Positions 26,870-39,700 of a DNA stretch of 52,652 nt are shown one piece after another. The notes beneath the pieces are model-generated. The model was not told the DNA's origin. It searched no databases and saw only the letters and a program-made list of their open reading frames with translations. A program made the translations under genes and the position numbers. This DNA is from a virus (lineage: Duplodnaviria; Caudoviricetes): positions 1 through 52,652 of the IMG/VR virus record IMGVR_UViG_3300036770_004392. One strand, written 5' to 3'. Positions within the stretch are counted from its first letter, which is position 1; each line of letters begins with the position of its first letter.

Positions 26870-27928
26870 TCAATGCAGATCTACCCATGCCCCGTTAGCT
26901 CTAGCTTGAACTTTGTTTACAGTAAGATTGTAAATTATTTCTCCATCTTCAAAAGGAATACTAGAGTCTCTATTATCTCTTTGAAGAGTAGTAAAAGTAG
27001 GCAATTTAAACATTTTAGATGCCCTTAGAGACCCATCAATATCTAAACTATACTGTGGAACTGACTGAAAGATTCCCACTCGTTGCTGTGGCATTGCATT
27101 CGAAACTATAGACAATCCTGCTGAGTTTACATTTACCCTTACTTCATCTAAAGGCCCTAGATACAATACTGTATTATTTTTAATCCTAATTGGGCCTAAT
27201 GCATTGTTATCAATGTCATTACGAAGAACAGTATCTGCGTCTAATAAAGAACCATCAGAATAAACTAAATTGTCGGCTTTTGTTGCTGTTACATTAAATT
27301 TAAGAGCAGTTTGTCCTCCCACTGGAACATTACATACATTAAATCCCGGCTTAATTGGGTTATTAATTATTCCCTGCGGGAAAACTCCATCCGGAATACT
27401 AAAATCAGTAGCAGAACTACTAAAAATCCCTAAAATCGAACTACCGAGCCATAAAACTAAAATTACTCTTTCAACATTATTAGCATCGTTAATAGTTCTA
27501 GTCTCGAATCCACTTATACCCTGACTTGCTTTATAACCTGGGCCGACTAGTTTTAGCCCTTCTTCTCCGTCATACATCCACAACTGATTTTCAGCACTGT
27601 CTATCCAAAAGTCACCTTGAGTTAAACTAGCTACTAAGGGTGGTGTTCCTGAAACAATAGGACCACTTGTTTGTTTCCATTGTTGTCCGGTATAAACCTT
27701 CAACCTTAATTCATTAGTGTCATACCAAATTTGCCCAGTTGTTGGATTATTAGGAGAGCTAGTATTAGCAAAATTCTCTAAAAGTTTAACAAAATTTTCA
27801 TTTAGGTAGGATCCAAAATTTGAAGTATTCTTACCTATTAAAGTTAAATCTGTGCTAACTTGATCTAAACTACTATCAATAACGTCCGCAAGTAAAGACC
27901 CGTCAGTCCTAAATATTTTGTAACTCAT
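26870..27928 (-). CDS. tail fibre-like structural protein (paralogue 2)
   Basis: Same N-terminal module (LIGKN...ENFVKLLENF...GQIWY...GDFW); C-terminal GEIIYN. Confidence 0.75.
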   Translation of the reverse strand: MSYKIFRTDGSLLADVIDSSLDQVSTDLTLIGKNTSNFGSYLNENFVKLLENFANTSSPNNPTTGQIWYDTNELRLKVYTGQQWKQTSGPIVSGTPPLVASLTQGDFWIDSAENQLWMYDGEEGLKLVGPGYKASQGISGFETRTINDANNVERVILVLWLGSSILGIFSSSATDFSIPDGVFPQGIINNPIKPGFNVCNVPVGGQTALKFNVTATKADNLVYSDGSLLDADTVLRNDIDNNALGPIRIKNNTVLYLGPLDEVRVNVNSAGLSIVSNAMPQQRVGIFQSVPQYSLDIDGSLRASKMFKLPTFTTLQRDNRDSSIPFEDGEIIYNLTVNKVQARANGAWVDLH

Positions 27929-30138
27929 TCTTGATATCTTCCAGTAAAAATAATATAATTTATAGCCAAATATGGATTCATAACATTAGAAGAAACTCCA
28001 GTGCTAGCAGGAGTAGTTCCTCCTGTTACTATTGTTCCTAAAGAAACATTCACTAAACTTTCATTTCCTCCAGAACCTCCAAGATTATCAGCAGCACTAT
28101 CACTTACCCTATCTACTAGACTAGGAGTTGCTACCAACTGAGTAACTTGTGTTGCAGTAAAGTTAATACTTCCCACTGTGTAAGGACTGGCACCATTTAT
28201 AGTAAGTTGGGTGCTACTGTCAACTGCTACAATTGTTGTAATTCCTCCAAATGATCCTAAACCAGATACTTTACTTAACAACATTCCTGCAAACAACCCA
28301 GTTGTAGAATTTATTCCTGTTATTGTAGTTGTAGTTGGCGAACTTAAAGATTCTTGAATAACTCCTGAAAATCCTGTTAATGATACTGTATTTTGAGGAA
28401 CTTGAATTCCATTATACATTGTGTCTCTACCGAGAGCGAATCTTCCCCTGAGATCAGGTAACTTAAAAGTTCCAACCCCAAGTAATGTTCCTACATTATA
28501 CAACCCGCCAATTATATCATACAATTCTGGATAATTGGCTCTTAAAACTTCTGCTCCATCGCAGAACAAGTACCCATTAGGTGGCGAAATTCCAGCATAA
28601 GGCACAATTGTTCCTACAGGAACCACAGCTATACGAGAAAATAATAAATTTCTAGTTGTTTTTTTAACTAAACCGTTCTGAATTACAAGAAATGTATCAT
28701 TAGGTAAAGCTGTATTTCCAGTGATAGTTTCTTTATCATTTAAAAAGGAAGGGTCAATTTCTACTGTAAACGTTTTTTGTGTGCCACCTGTAGCACCATC
28801 GAATAAAATTGAACCGTTGCTAGTGGTTCTTATATCACCACTAATACTAAAAGTTGTAGTGTTTGCTAACTGAGTAGCTGTACCGCTTATGCTACCAGTA
28901 TAGACTCCAGTAAAATTACCTATAAATTGTGTTGTACCTGCATTATTTCCTACAACATCCGCATATACACGCCCATATGCTTTATCACTATCTCCTAAAT
29001 TATAAATTGAATTAGCACTAGGAATAATAGTCTTTGATATTGTGGTATCATTCAAAGTAGTCTGTGATCCTACAAATAATTTCTTTGCTATACTTGTTCC
29101 ACCGGCAACAGTAAGAGCACCTGTTAAATTTGTAACAGTTGTATTAGATGCTAAATCGGTAGACCCTAATATCTTTACTGACTGAGAAAACTTTCCGGAC
29201 CCTACTACATCCAAAGTTTCTAAAGGATTTATATTATTAACACCTATTCTAGTTCCTTTTAGTGTGAGCAAATCTACAGCATTAGGATTTACATAGGTTC
29301 GAAAAATAGTATTGGCACCATCTGTATTGTTGTAGATAACTAATTCTCCGCCAGAATTACTAGCAAAACTTATATTAGAGTTAGATCCTAATGTTAAACC
29401 TTCGTCACTTCTAATAGTAAATCTATAATCTGTTGCACCTGCAATATCAGATCTTAAAAATTTTGTAGATTCAACAGTAAAATTTCCTACTAATAATGCG
29501 CTTGCTTTTTCAGCCGTTCCCCAAAATTTATTAGAAACTCCTCCTGATTCTGCAAATGCTTTGCTACTAAGATTAATACCAGGATTTAGCTCAACAAACC
29601 CATCAATAGTAATCTTTGGTGTGAACTTATTTTTTGTTAAAATTATAACCGTTTCACCGCCTACAACAAATCTAATTATTATTCTATCAATATTTAAAGT
29701 ATCTTTTATTGTTTCAATTACCGGACCACTATCAGACCCTTGGCTAAACTGCGGACCGATCAATATCCAACTAGCTCCAGACCAGAAAAATAACTGCTTG
29801 TTTGTTAAATCTACCCAAATATCGCCAACTTTTTTATTTGTAGGTGGAGTGAAAGATTTAAAAACGTTTCCTGCTGGTCCATAAGTTTGCCCATCAAACA
29901 CTTTTAATTGATTGTTGTTACTATCATACCAAATTTGTCCGACAACTGATTTAGTAGGTAATGGCTGAGCAGTACCGGCAAAATTTTCTAAAAGATGTAA
30001 AAAATTTTCTCCTATTGACCTTGCGTATCCTGGATAGTTTTTACCGACAAACTCTAAACTAGTTTGAGTGTTTAATTGACTATCTTCTACAGTTATAGGA
30101 TTTTTTGTAGTATCAGTAAAATTCAATGTGTATGGCAT
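27925..30138 (-). CDS. tail fibre protein with tail-collar domain (paralogue 3)
   Basis: Same N-terminal module. C-terminal collar motifs PVGTIVPYAG..PPNGYLFCDG...YPELY...FKLPDLRGRF...NPYLAINYII. Likely start MPYTL at 30138. Confidence 0.85.
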   Translation of the reverse strand: MPYTLNFTDTTKNPITVEDSQLNTQTSLEFVGKNYPGYARSIGENFLHLLENFAGTAQPLPTKSVVGQIWYDSNNNQLKVFDGQTYGPAGNVFKSFTPPTNKKVGDIWVDLTNKQLFFWSGASWILIGPQFSQGSDSGPVIETIKDTLNIDRIIIRFVVGGETVIILTKNKFTPKITIDGFVELNPGINLSSKAFAESGGVSNKFWGTAEKASALLVGNFTVESTKFLRSDIAGATDYRFTIRSDEGLTLGSNSNISFASNSGGELVIYNNTDGANTIFRTYVNPNAVDLLTLKGTRIGVNNINPLETLDVVGSGKFSQSVKILGSTDLASNTTVTNLTGALTVAGGTSIAKKLFVGSQTTLNDTTISKTIIPSANSIYNLGDSDKAYGRVYADVVGNNAGTTQFIGNFTGVYTGSISGTATQLANTTTFSISGDIRTTSNGSILFDGATGGTQKTFTVEIDPSFLNDKETITGNTALPNDTFLVIQNGLVKKTTRNLLFSRIAVVPVGTIVPYAGISPPNGYLFCDGAEVLRANYPELYDIIGGLYNVGTLLGVGTFKLPDLRGRFALGRDTMYNGIQVPQNTVSLTGFSGVIQESLSSPTTTTITGINSTTGLFAGMLLSKVSGLGSFGGITTIVAVDSSTQLTINGASPYTVGSINFTATQVTQLVATPSLVDRVSDSAADNLGGSGGNESLVNVSLGTIVTGGTTPASTGVSSNVMNPYLAINYIIFTGRYQE

Positions 30139-30139
30139 A

Positions 30140-30748
30140 TTAGATCTCACTTAATCCTGTTAAACTTTGTACTCTTACTGTATAATCTATCTGAATTAAA
30201 CGATTCAAACTTTTTTGTACAGGGTGAAAAATAACATGAGTTAATAATCGTCCATCACCATCTGGATTATATGATTCTAGCCCTAGCTCATCAAATACAT
30301 AAGTTCCTTCATTATTAGAACTATTATCAAAAGCCTCTTGATCAGCTGGCTCACCGTAATCTAATAAGCACGTAACAAAAATGTCTGTGTAATTAGTACC
30401 TGTTATATGCCTAGTCTCAAGTTTATTTCTAATAGGATCGATATTAACAACAGATCTATCATCGATAACTTTACTGTATGTTTTATTATATAAGCTGGCA
30501 TTAGTGCCCGTGCTATTAGGAGTCAAGTAAGTTATAATTCCGGTAGGATCGATCGTTGTTCCTCCATTACCAAAAATCATTTTATAAACAAAACCTCTAC
30601 CCGAATTAGCCATGCTTTCTGCTAGACCTATACTCATATTTTCATAATGTATAGCATTACGCTTATTAATATAAACTTTTCCGGAATTAGGATCAAATAT
30701 TTTTATATGACCTTCTATATGAATTCCTGTTAATTCTTTATCTAGCAT
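30140..30748 (-). CDS. baseplate/tail-associated structural protein
   Basis: GHIKI...NAI...GNGG...ELGL...IDYTV beta-rich pattern; lies between the wedge and fibre genes. Likely start MLDKEL at 30748. Confidence 0.65.
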   Translation of the reverse strand: MLDKELTGIHIEGHIKIFDPNSGKVYINKRNAIHYENMSIGLAESMANSGRGFVYKMIFGNGGTTIDPTGIITYLTPNSTGTNASLYNKTYSKVIDDRSVVNIDPIRNKLETRHITGTNYTDIFVTCLLDYGEPADQEAFDNSSNNEGTYVFDELGLESYNPDGDGRLLTHVIFHPVQKSLNRLIQIDYTVRVQSLTGLSEI

Positions 30749-30766
30749 AGTTTTGTCTCTTTTCAA

Positions 30767-30773
30767 TATTTAT
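30767..30773 (-). promoter_or_regulatory. late promoter-like motif ATAAATA
   Basis: 18 nt upstream of ATG 30748. Confidence 0.5.
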
Positions 30774-33700
30774 TATATATTAATTTCAGGATAAAAAGGT
30801 TTAACAGCAAGAATAAACCTAGCCTGTTCAGAATTCGAAGCAATTAACGGCAAATCCTTATCTTTCCAAGTTCTTCCTATACGTTTAACTACTAATATTT
30901 CTTTGTTTGAAACCACTGGATCTTGAAATTCAACTAAAGAACCGTCGGCGGGTACCGTAAATCCGGCTTGGAAAATAGAATCTGCTTCTGGACTATATGG
31001 ATAATTTTTTAATTTATCAAATTTAACTATAGAAGATTTATTTACTCTTTGACCGCTTAAGAATACCTCAACACCGTCCTGATCCGTCTGAGACTCAAAA
31101 TCTTTATTTGGTACTTGTGGAACAAAATCTAAATTAATCTGTGTTGTACTTTCTGTAGTAATTAACTTAGAAACTAATTGCTGATCTAAATAAGGGATAG
31201 TTTCTGTACTACCAATATTAATAACTAATATTCCAGCCTTGTGTAAAACAGGAGATCCTGTTCCTAAAGTAGCACGTCTAATTTTACGTAATTCATTGCC
31301 TTCTTTTTCAAAATATTCAATACGTTCTCCATTAATTTCAATAATACCCGGTATATTCTCTATAATACTAGGTTCATCTAATACTGATCCATCATCAACC
31401 TTTATTACTGTAACAAATTGTGTTAAATCTTCAGATAATCTTGTTATTTTATCTTTATTAAATCTTTTATAGTGTACTCTGCCTAACATGTCTTTAAACT
31501 GCATGTACCCAAATCCATCATCTTTAATCGCAGAAGTAAACAAGACTATATCAATAATATCACTAGTATCAACAGATGCAGTCAAAATAATTTGATCTTT
31601 AAAGGTATCTAAATAAAAATCAATACCAGATGATAATAATTTATTATTCTTAATGACCCATACAAAGTCATCTATATTAACTTTTTTAGATAACTTTATT
31701 TTCCCTCCTTGTAAACTTCTATATCTATAAAAATCAGGAGTATCAATATCTAATCCTTGGATATAAGTCAAACTTTCTTGAGAACGTTCGATTTCTAATA
31801 CATCATGGTTATAAAAACTAATAACTTCAATGTGTTTATTATTTAGAGGAGCTGAAACAAATTCTAAATTTAAAGAACTGTTTATCCTTTTTAAAGAATA
31901 TTGAAAACTTATATTATTAGAAACTAATAGTTTTGCTCCTTCTATATATAATGATGAGTCTAAAATTATACTTACTCCTACTACATCAACATTATAATCA
32001 GTTAACCTAGATAATAATTTTCCGTTAAGATACACTTTTAACTGCTCAACATTAACTTGATATGGAACTTGCTCATATTGTGTCAGACGATAACTTAAAT
32101 TATTATTAGATAATTCAAAATACTCGTTTAGATAAGGATATAATATCTCTCCATCTACTATAACTATAACATTAGAATGGTCTGGTAACAAATTTCCTAC
32201 TTGATTAGATAAAACAAAACTTAAGGTAGACCCGTCACCTACAAAAGTTTCTGACTTAATAATACTAGCTGTAGAATTCTCATCATTAGTCATTAAGTAA
32301 GTTATTACAGATCCAGAAGTAGGAGCTTGTCCAAATCTTATTCCGGTACGATTAGTCATTGAATAAGAAATGTCTGTTTCAAAAATTTCGTAATTTAGCA
32401 CTGCTCCATCTACTAAAACAATATTGCCATTTGTTTCAGAAAATGGAGCATTAGTAATAAACTCTAATGTACTTCCATCACCTATAAAATAATCCTGATC
32501 TAGTAGATATTCCGAACTATAACCTATTGAAATAATACTAACTTGACTATTAACTACAGGAATATTGGTAAGCTTTACAGATCTCGATTTCCAATCATAA
32601 CTATAATCATCTCCAGAGACTAGTATAATTGAATTTAATTTAACAATTATTCCATTTGTATTTTGTGGTAGTTGAGGAATATAAAAAGTATCTTCACCCC
32701 CGTTAGCTATAAATGTTTTAAATAAAATCTTGGCTCCTGAAGTTCTAGGAGCTTGAAAAACTTTTATTGCTACAGCATCAACAATATGCCCAGGAACTAC
32801 TTCTTCTGGAGCCGGACTATTTAAAGGTGTAATTAAATCATCACCATCAACAATAATATCTTCTGGATTAACTCCATTAGCTGAAGAAAACGAAAAGCTT
32901 CCTCCGACTAACTGAGTATCATAATCATTAGGTTTAGGACTTATACTTCCATCTTCTGTTACTTGTTGATTTTCTTCTCCCCATAACTCGGAATTCCATC
33001 CAAGCGAATCCCACCCTCCGGTTCCAATGAAATTTACTAAACCTTGTATATTCACTCCACCGTAATCAATACCTGTCATAAGCTGACTAAAATCTTTGCC
33101 TGCCATTCCAATTTCAGGATTGTAATAATGATATATTCTATCTAGGGCATGTAAATGTAAAAAGCTTATTTTATATTTTATCTCTATATTTTGCCCTCTT
33201 AAAGGAGCAGTTTCTAAAACTAGCATTCCGTAATAACTTGTAAATCCTCTCGAGACACTAGACTTAACAGTAACATAATAGTCGTCTTTTAATAGTTCAA
33301 TTCCGTCTGCTTTAACTATATAGGAATCTTTAGAAGTCACAGGGGCATATTTTAATAAAAATTGACGCAGACTACCTGTTCCATTAAACGTTTCGGTAAT
33401 ATCTAATTCATTATCTTTATAATAATTTGATCTAGCAACTCGATCAAATTTCATTGAAACTTTAGAGGCTCGTACTACTTCTGATTCTAAAACAGCAACA
33501 ACCTTAGCAGGCATGCCATTCTCTGATAATCCACCATCTACTTCAATTAAAGGAGTAGTAAGATATCCGGACCCAGCATCAGTAATTTGTATTCTATTAA
33601 GCTTACCACCTGCTATATAACCGTTAGCTTTGGCTATTTTCTTAGCTTGTCCATTAATTTTTATTATAGGATTAAACAAATAGCCAGAACCACTATCAAC

Positions 33701-36700
33701 AATCACTAACTCTTTGATATAGCATCCTACGTTATCCTTAAAAAATTTCCATGGATATGAATTTAACATTGTATCTAATGTTGTGCTGTCATCGAAAATA
33801 TTAAAATTAACAACATTCAACTTAAAATTTTCATCAACATAAGAAGGTAAATCAAAGTCTGTGACAACTGATCCAGAATTTTCAATTCTAGAATAAGAAC
33901 TTACATACTCTCTAATCTTAGTTCTATAAGGCTTAACTTCTTTTATATAATCCTCAAAATTTTCTAAATTATCATTTTTATATGTTATCTTTTGTTTCAA
34001 CTCTCCAAGATTGTGTTTGCTTTTAATAAAACTTGTTTTTGTTATATAATCAACAAAAGGTTGTTCATACAAAACATATCTTAACGAACTAAAGAATAAT
34101 TCTAAATACTCAGTATATAAATCATCAACTAAAATATTTTTCTTTAAGACATTAAGAATAATTCTTAATTCTTTTACAGGTAAATTATCATAGTAAAAAC
34201 TATCATACAAATTTCCGTCATACCCTATAATGTTTTTAGTAAAATCATAAAGTCCAGAATTTATTTGGATAGTTCCATTTTGTCTTCCAATAACTTTATA
34301 GTTTTTAGTATAATCAATAGTACTAACATTATTATACTTTTCCAACAATAACCAACCACCAGATCCAATAGTTTCAACTTTAACTATATCTCCAACTTTT
34401 GACTCTAATAGATAAAGTTGATTAGTATTTTCAACTAAATGATCAATTTTAGTATATTGATTATATCCGTCAAGATACCAGTCAATATAATCCCAATATT
34501 TTTTTACATCGTAACTTTGACTTTTAATTCTAAAAAACTTTCCAGTCCCTGAATATTCGTAAAGACTCCAAGTTCCAAAAACTACTTCATCATTTTTTAC
34601 TAAAACTGTGTAACTGCGAACACTTAATATTGTATCGTCTATATATCCTTTACCTGCATTTATAATCTCAACACTAGTTACTTGACCTAATGTATCAATT
34701 ACACAACGTAATTTAGCTCCTATTCCAGATCCTACTACTTTTACCCATGGTGGATTTACATACCCATAACCAGGGTTAACTATCTTAACCTCTATAATTC
34801 TTCCACTTTCAATAATAGGAGTTACTGTTGCTTGAGATAATAGAGCTGTGTTAATAAAACGTTGTTCTTCAACTATGTCAATAGCTTTATCCCAAATACC
34901 ACTACTACTAGACGGAGGAATATCATAATTGTTCAAATCAGATATATCATATTCATCTGTTATAACTTTCCGCTTTAAAACTAAATTGACTCTCTCTACA
35001 AATTGTTTTAATGCTTCTATGCGATTAATAAACATACTTTGTCTAGGACGATTACTAATTCCGTATCGTTTTTTAGGAGGCAATTTTAAACTAGGGATCT
35101 GTCGATTATATTGATCATATCCAATAAGGCTATCTTCCCACTTTAATTCTATACTAGGAGGAATAATTGTTTTTTCATGTGTGCTTAGAAGTTTCCAATG
35201 ACTATGTAGATTTGAATTCTGATACTGTTCATCAATAGTAAAATATTCTATATTTAAATTTGTTTTTTTAGATTTTATATAGTTTATTAGATTAACTAAA
35301 ATAAAACTATTAGATCCAATTAAACTCATACATTCGTACCCGTAACCTATTGGATCTGCTATTAACTTACTTACATTATTAGCACTTAATTTTCTGTCTA
35401 CTACAGAAAGAGGAACAATTGTAGGGTTCTTTACCCAATAGTAATAAACATTTTTAAAGCTTTGACTTACATTATCATAAACTTGTCTTAAACTGTAAAC
35501 ACTATTTCCATAACGTGAAGTTCCGCTTATTCCTAAACTATCGCCTTTATCGGATCCAGATAAAGTATCCCATTCTGATGGTTTATACTTAGTTTCTACC
35601 CATTCATAAACATCGATACTAGCAGTTTTATAAAGTTTATTCCAATTAGTGGATCTGTACGTGATATTACCTAAACTATTTTCTATAAACTTGGCACGAC
35701 TTAAATCCCACCATAAAGTTCCTACATAATTTTTACTCCAAAACTGTCCTTCATCAACAATAACTTGCGAAGTTCCTATGCTATAGACAGCTGGATCATA
35801 AAAGGTTTTAAATTTAATTTCTTGATCAGCAGGACCAGGAATCTTACCTTGAGTTGTATCAACTATATCTATATACTTTAAAAGTTGATTAAATTCTGTA
35901 TCATACAAGTAAGATTTTTTAAACTTTGAAATATCAACATTATCTTCTTGTATATACTTTATTTTCCAAGAAGTAGATTTAGGAAATTTTGTGTACGAAA
36001 ATACCTTACCGGCATTAGAGGCTAAATCTTCTTCTTCGTTTATTGCACTTACAATTATAGTATCATCACCTACTGCTAGACTAAATCCATAACTATCTGA
36101 AATGTCGGTAAACTGATCCGTAGATAAAGATTCACCAAAACTGTAATTTTCAAAAAACTTATCAAATACATCTACTCTTCCTGAATTTATTCTAATATCA
36201 TTAAATCTTAAAGTATTATTATCAAATATAGTGGTATCATTATCGAAAGTAGCAAAGTTATCAACGTCGCCATTTATAGATAAAACAACTAATGTCTGAT
36301 CATTATTCATAAAAAATATAGAGTACCCGAAATAATCAAAAGATCCCGGAGTCTTCGAAACTACATCTTGCTGAAAAACAAATACATCATTCACTAACTT
36401 ATAAATTTTGACTAAACCTGAATTTACAATAGGATTGTCTGCCTCAATTTCTCCTACTGCTATCTTTTTTCCATCACTAGTAATTGCTACACTGTAACCA
36501 AATAAATTAGATAAAGTCAACGTTTGTGTCAAAGAATAAAGATCTGATACTTTTTTATAAATTTTAACACTGTTTGTGTTTTTATCACCTAATACTGTTA
36601 CTGTACCATTAGTTGCTAAACTTGTAGACGACACTGAAATTGATTGAATTTCAACCCATTGATTAGTAACAAATTTATAAGAATATAAATTACTAGAGCT

Positions 36701-39700
36701 AGTTACCAAAGTATAATATGTATTATCAGAATATAAAATCGAAATACAAGTTCCATACGATGTAACCGGTTTATTAAAAGTAGAAAAATACTGATAGGTT
36801 CCTAATGTACTATCCTTAATATAAAAATGAACGCTATTTGTTAAATCTGCTTTAGTTTCAGATAAAACTAACCATTCAGTGTCCGGACTCAGAGCTACAG
36901 CTAACCCTAGTTGTGTCGAATCATCATAAAAAGTTTTTATTATTTGTTGTTGAACAAAACTATTATCTTTAGTATTTTTAAAAAATATACTAATAGTATC
37001 GATATCTCCTACTGCACTAACCATACCATTTTGGCTAACTGCGACGACTCTACCAAAATTTTCATTATTTCGTGGTATGTCTAATCCGTTAATCGTGTTA
37101 ATATTATAGACTTTTTTATATTCTAAAACTGTTTTTTTACCATAACCGTTGTCATCAATCCACACGAGTTCATTAGACTTAATCCTTTCAGGAATAACAT
37201 CATTTAGTTGGTCAATATGATTAACTCTAGATTCAGTGAATATATAAATCAGTGTGGCTGTACTATCCGGAAAAAGATCATCCTTCCATTCTGGTATAGT
37301 CTTTTTTATATTAATTTTTTTGCCTGATATACTATCAATTTTATAAAATCCGTTAATCAAAGTAACATTATCAATTCCTATTATTTGCCCTGCATACATA
37401 TTTGGTATTGAATTAAGAGTAATTGATAATACAGAATTATTATATTCAATCTTCTCTACTCTAGTAGCACTATGAGTTAAACGATAAACTGTCCATTTTC
37501 TCTGCGATTCTAGAAAAGCACACCAAACATAACTTCCTTCATTAAAATCTTCTATATCGAGACTCAATATCTCATCTAAAACGTCTAAACTAGCAGAGAC
37601 ATCATCATACCTAACATATCCTGGCGTTCTTAAAAATTCTTTTTTAACTGATGTAGGCCAAAGATTAGTTTTATATTCTATAGGCTTAATATATATTTCA
37701 CTACCTTTTACTCTATAAACAAAATCAGGTTTTACAGCATCTGTTTCGGTTAGTTCGAATGGCTGAGGATTTAATAATATTTTTTCTTCATTAAGATTAA
37801 ATTCTATTTCTTCATAAGTAGAAATATTTCCGTATGTACCTAGTCTAATTGCCCACTCTTCATTGAATGAAAGACTTTCTTGATTATCTGCACTTAATAC
37901 ATCAAATAATTTGGAAAAAGAATTTAAAGTTCCTTTTTCTTTAATATACCCTTGATAAAATTTATATTGACTAATATCGTCTAAAACAATATTTTCTAAG
38001 TATTGTCTTTTTTGATATCCAATCAAATGTTGTGCAATTTTTTGTTGTTCAATATCAAAATTGTCACTATCTAAATCATAAAAATCATTAAATTGTTCAG
38101 TTTTATAATCCCAATTTGGCAACATTTCTGAATTAGGTTTTTCTTTTAATATGTACCAATCATTAGAATTAAACGCAGCAGTTCCTATCAAAAAAGTTTT
38201 AGCCGAATAATAAAAATCTTTATGAAAAACAATATCACCTAAATTGTAATCTGTCCATACTTCCCAATCTTGAATTTTAGCTTGATCGTAAATGAAACCT
38301 GGAATATTAAAACCTCCGTTCCAGTTTGTAGACACATATCCCTGTATTTTTAATTTATCATGCTTATATCCAGATTCTACATCATAAATTACATCATTAA
38401 ACAAACTAACGTTATCTAATAATACTATATGTTCTTTTTGAATAGTTCTAAAATTAGCTCCGTAGATTCCGTGAGGATTATTAGCTGGTACAGTCAAGGT
38501 AAATTCGTTATTTTCTCTAAAACTATTTAAAAACTCATCTTCAAGTAATGACCCATCTACTCTAAATATCTGATACCCATAAAAAGCATCAGAAATATTA
38601 TCTACTACGGCATAATCATTTATAAAAGTCAGACTTATCGCCGAAGGGCTCAAACTTAAGGCACTGCCAGTTTTCCAATTTTGTGTAGTCCAAAATACAA
38701 ACTCTTTTATACTTGTGTCCCAATTTTCAACTGACTTTAAAGAAGTATTATATCTATCAAAGACAAAACCCTGTTCTTGTAAATATTTTCCATATCCTCC
38801 AATAAAATTCACTACCTCTTGAATAGTATAAAATTTAGTTCCATATGATAGAATATGCTCCGTTCTAGTATCATATGATTCCGGAAGTATAATATCTTTA
38901 CCTCCAATTATAGGCAATGAAGGAAGTTTTACATATAAATCTGTATCAAATAAACTAGAACTAGTATGTGTAACCTTTACTCTATAATAAGACTTATTTT
39001 GATAAACTATGGTCCCTGATTGATATCTTTGATTAGTCTCCCAATTTATGTAAGACTCCGATATCCCTCCTATGTTAATCTCACGACCACGACCTAAAGT
39101 TAAATAATACTTAAAATAAGGCTGATTTTTAGTATAACCTCGTACTTCATAACCATCGTCAAATTTTGTTATAACTATTCCGCTATAATTTATATTTTTT
39201 AAAGGACTGCTTTTATTTAAAAATACTTTGTAGTTCTCACTAGGTAAAAAAACTCCATTTGTACTACTAGGATTCTTACTTGTTAAAATTATCTTAAATT
39301 TATCCTTATTTGTGAAACCACCGACTCTATATGAAATTTTATTCTGAATAGAATCTAAAGACGCTTTATATTTTAATAAAGGATTAACTAAACCTGGAGA
39401 AAAATTATTAACTACGTAATTTACTAAACCTGATGTAAACACACGATTATCAGAAACAACTGTAGTAGGTAAAACAAGATCTTTTAATCGGATTCTTAAA
39501 TTAGTTGGACTATAAACAAGTTGTCCTACAAAATTTCTTACTATTCTACTTCTATCAAATGCTAAGGTTATCACTTTACTAGGATTCATTATCATAGCTG
39601 TTTGTAACAGACTAAACGCATGATAACTACTACGTCTCCAAGCAGTTTCTACAGGAGCTTGATCCCCAAATACATAATATCCTTTCTGTGTAGGCTGTAC

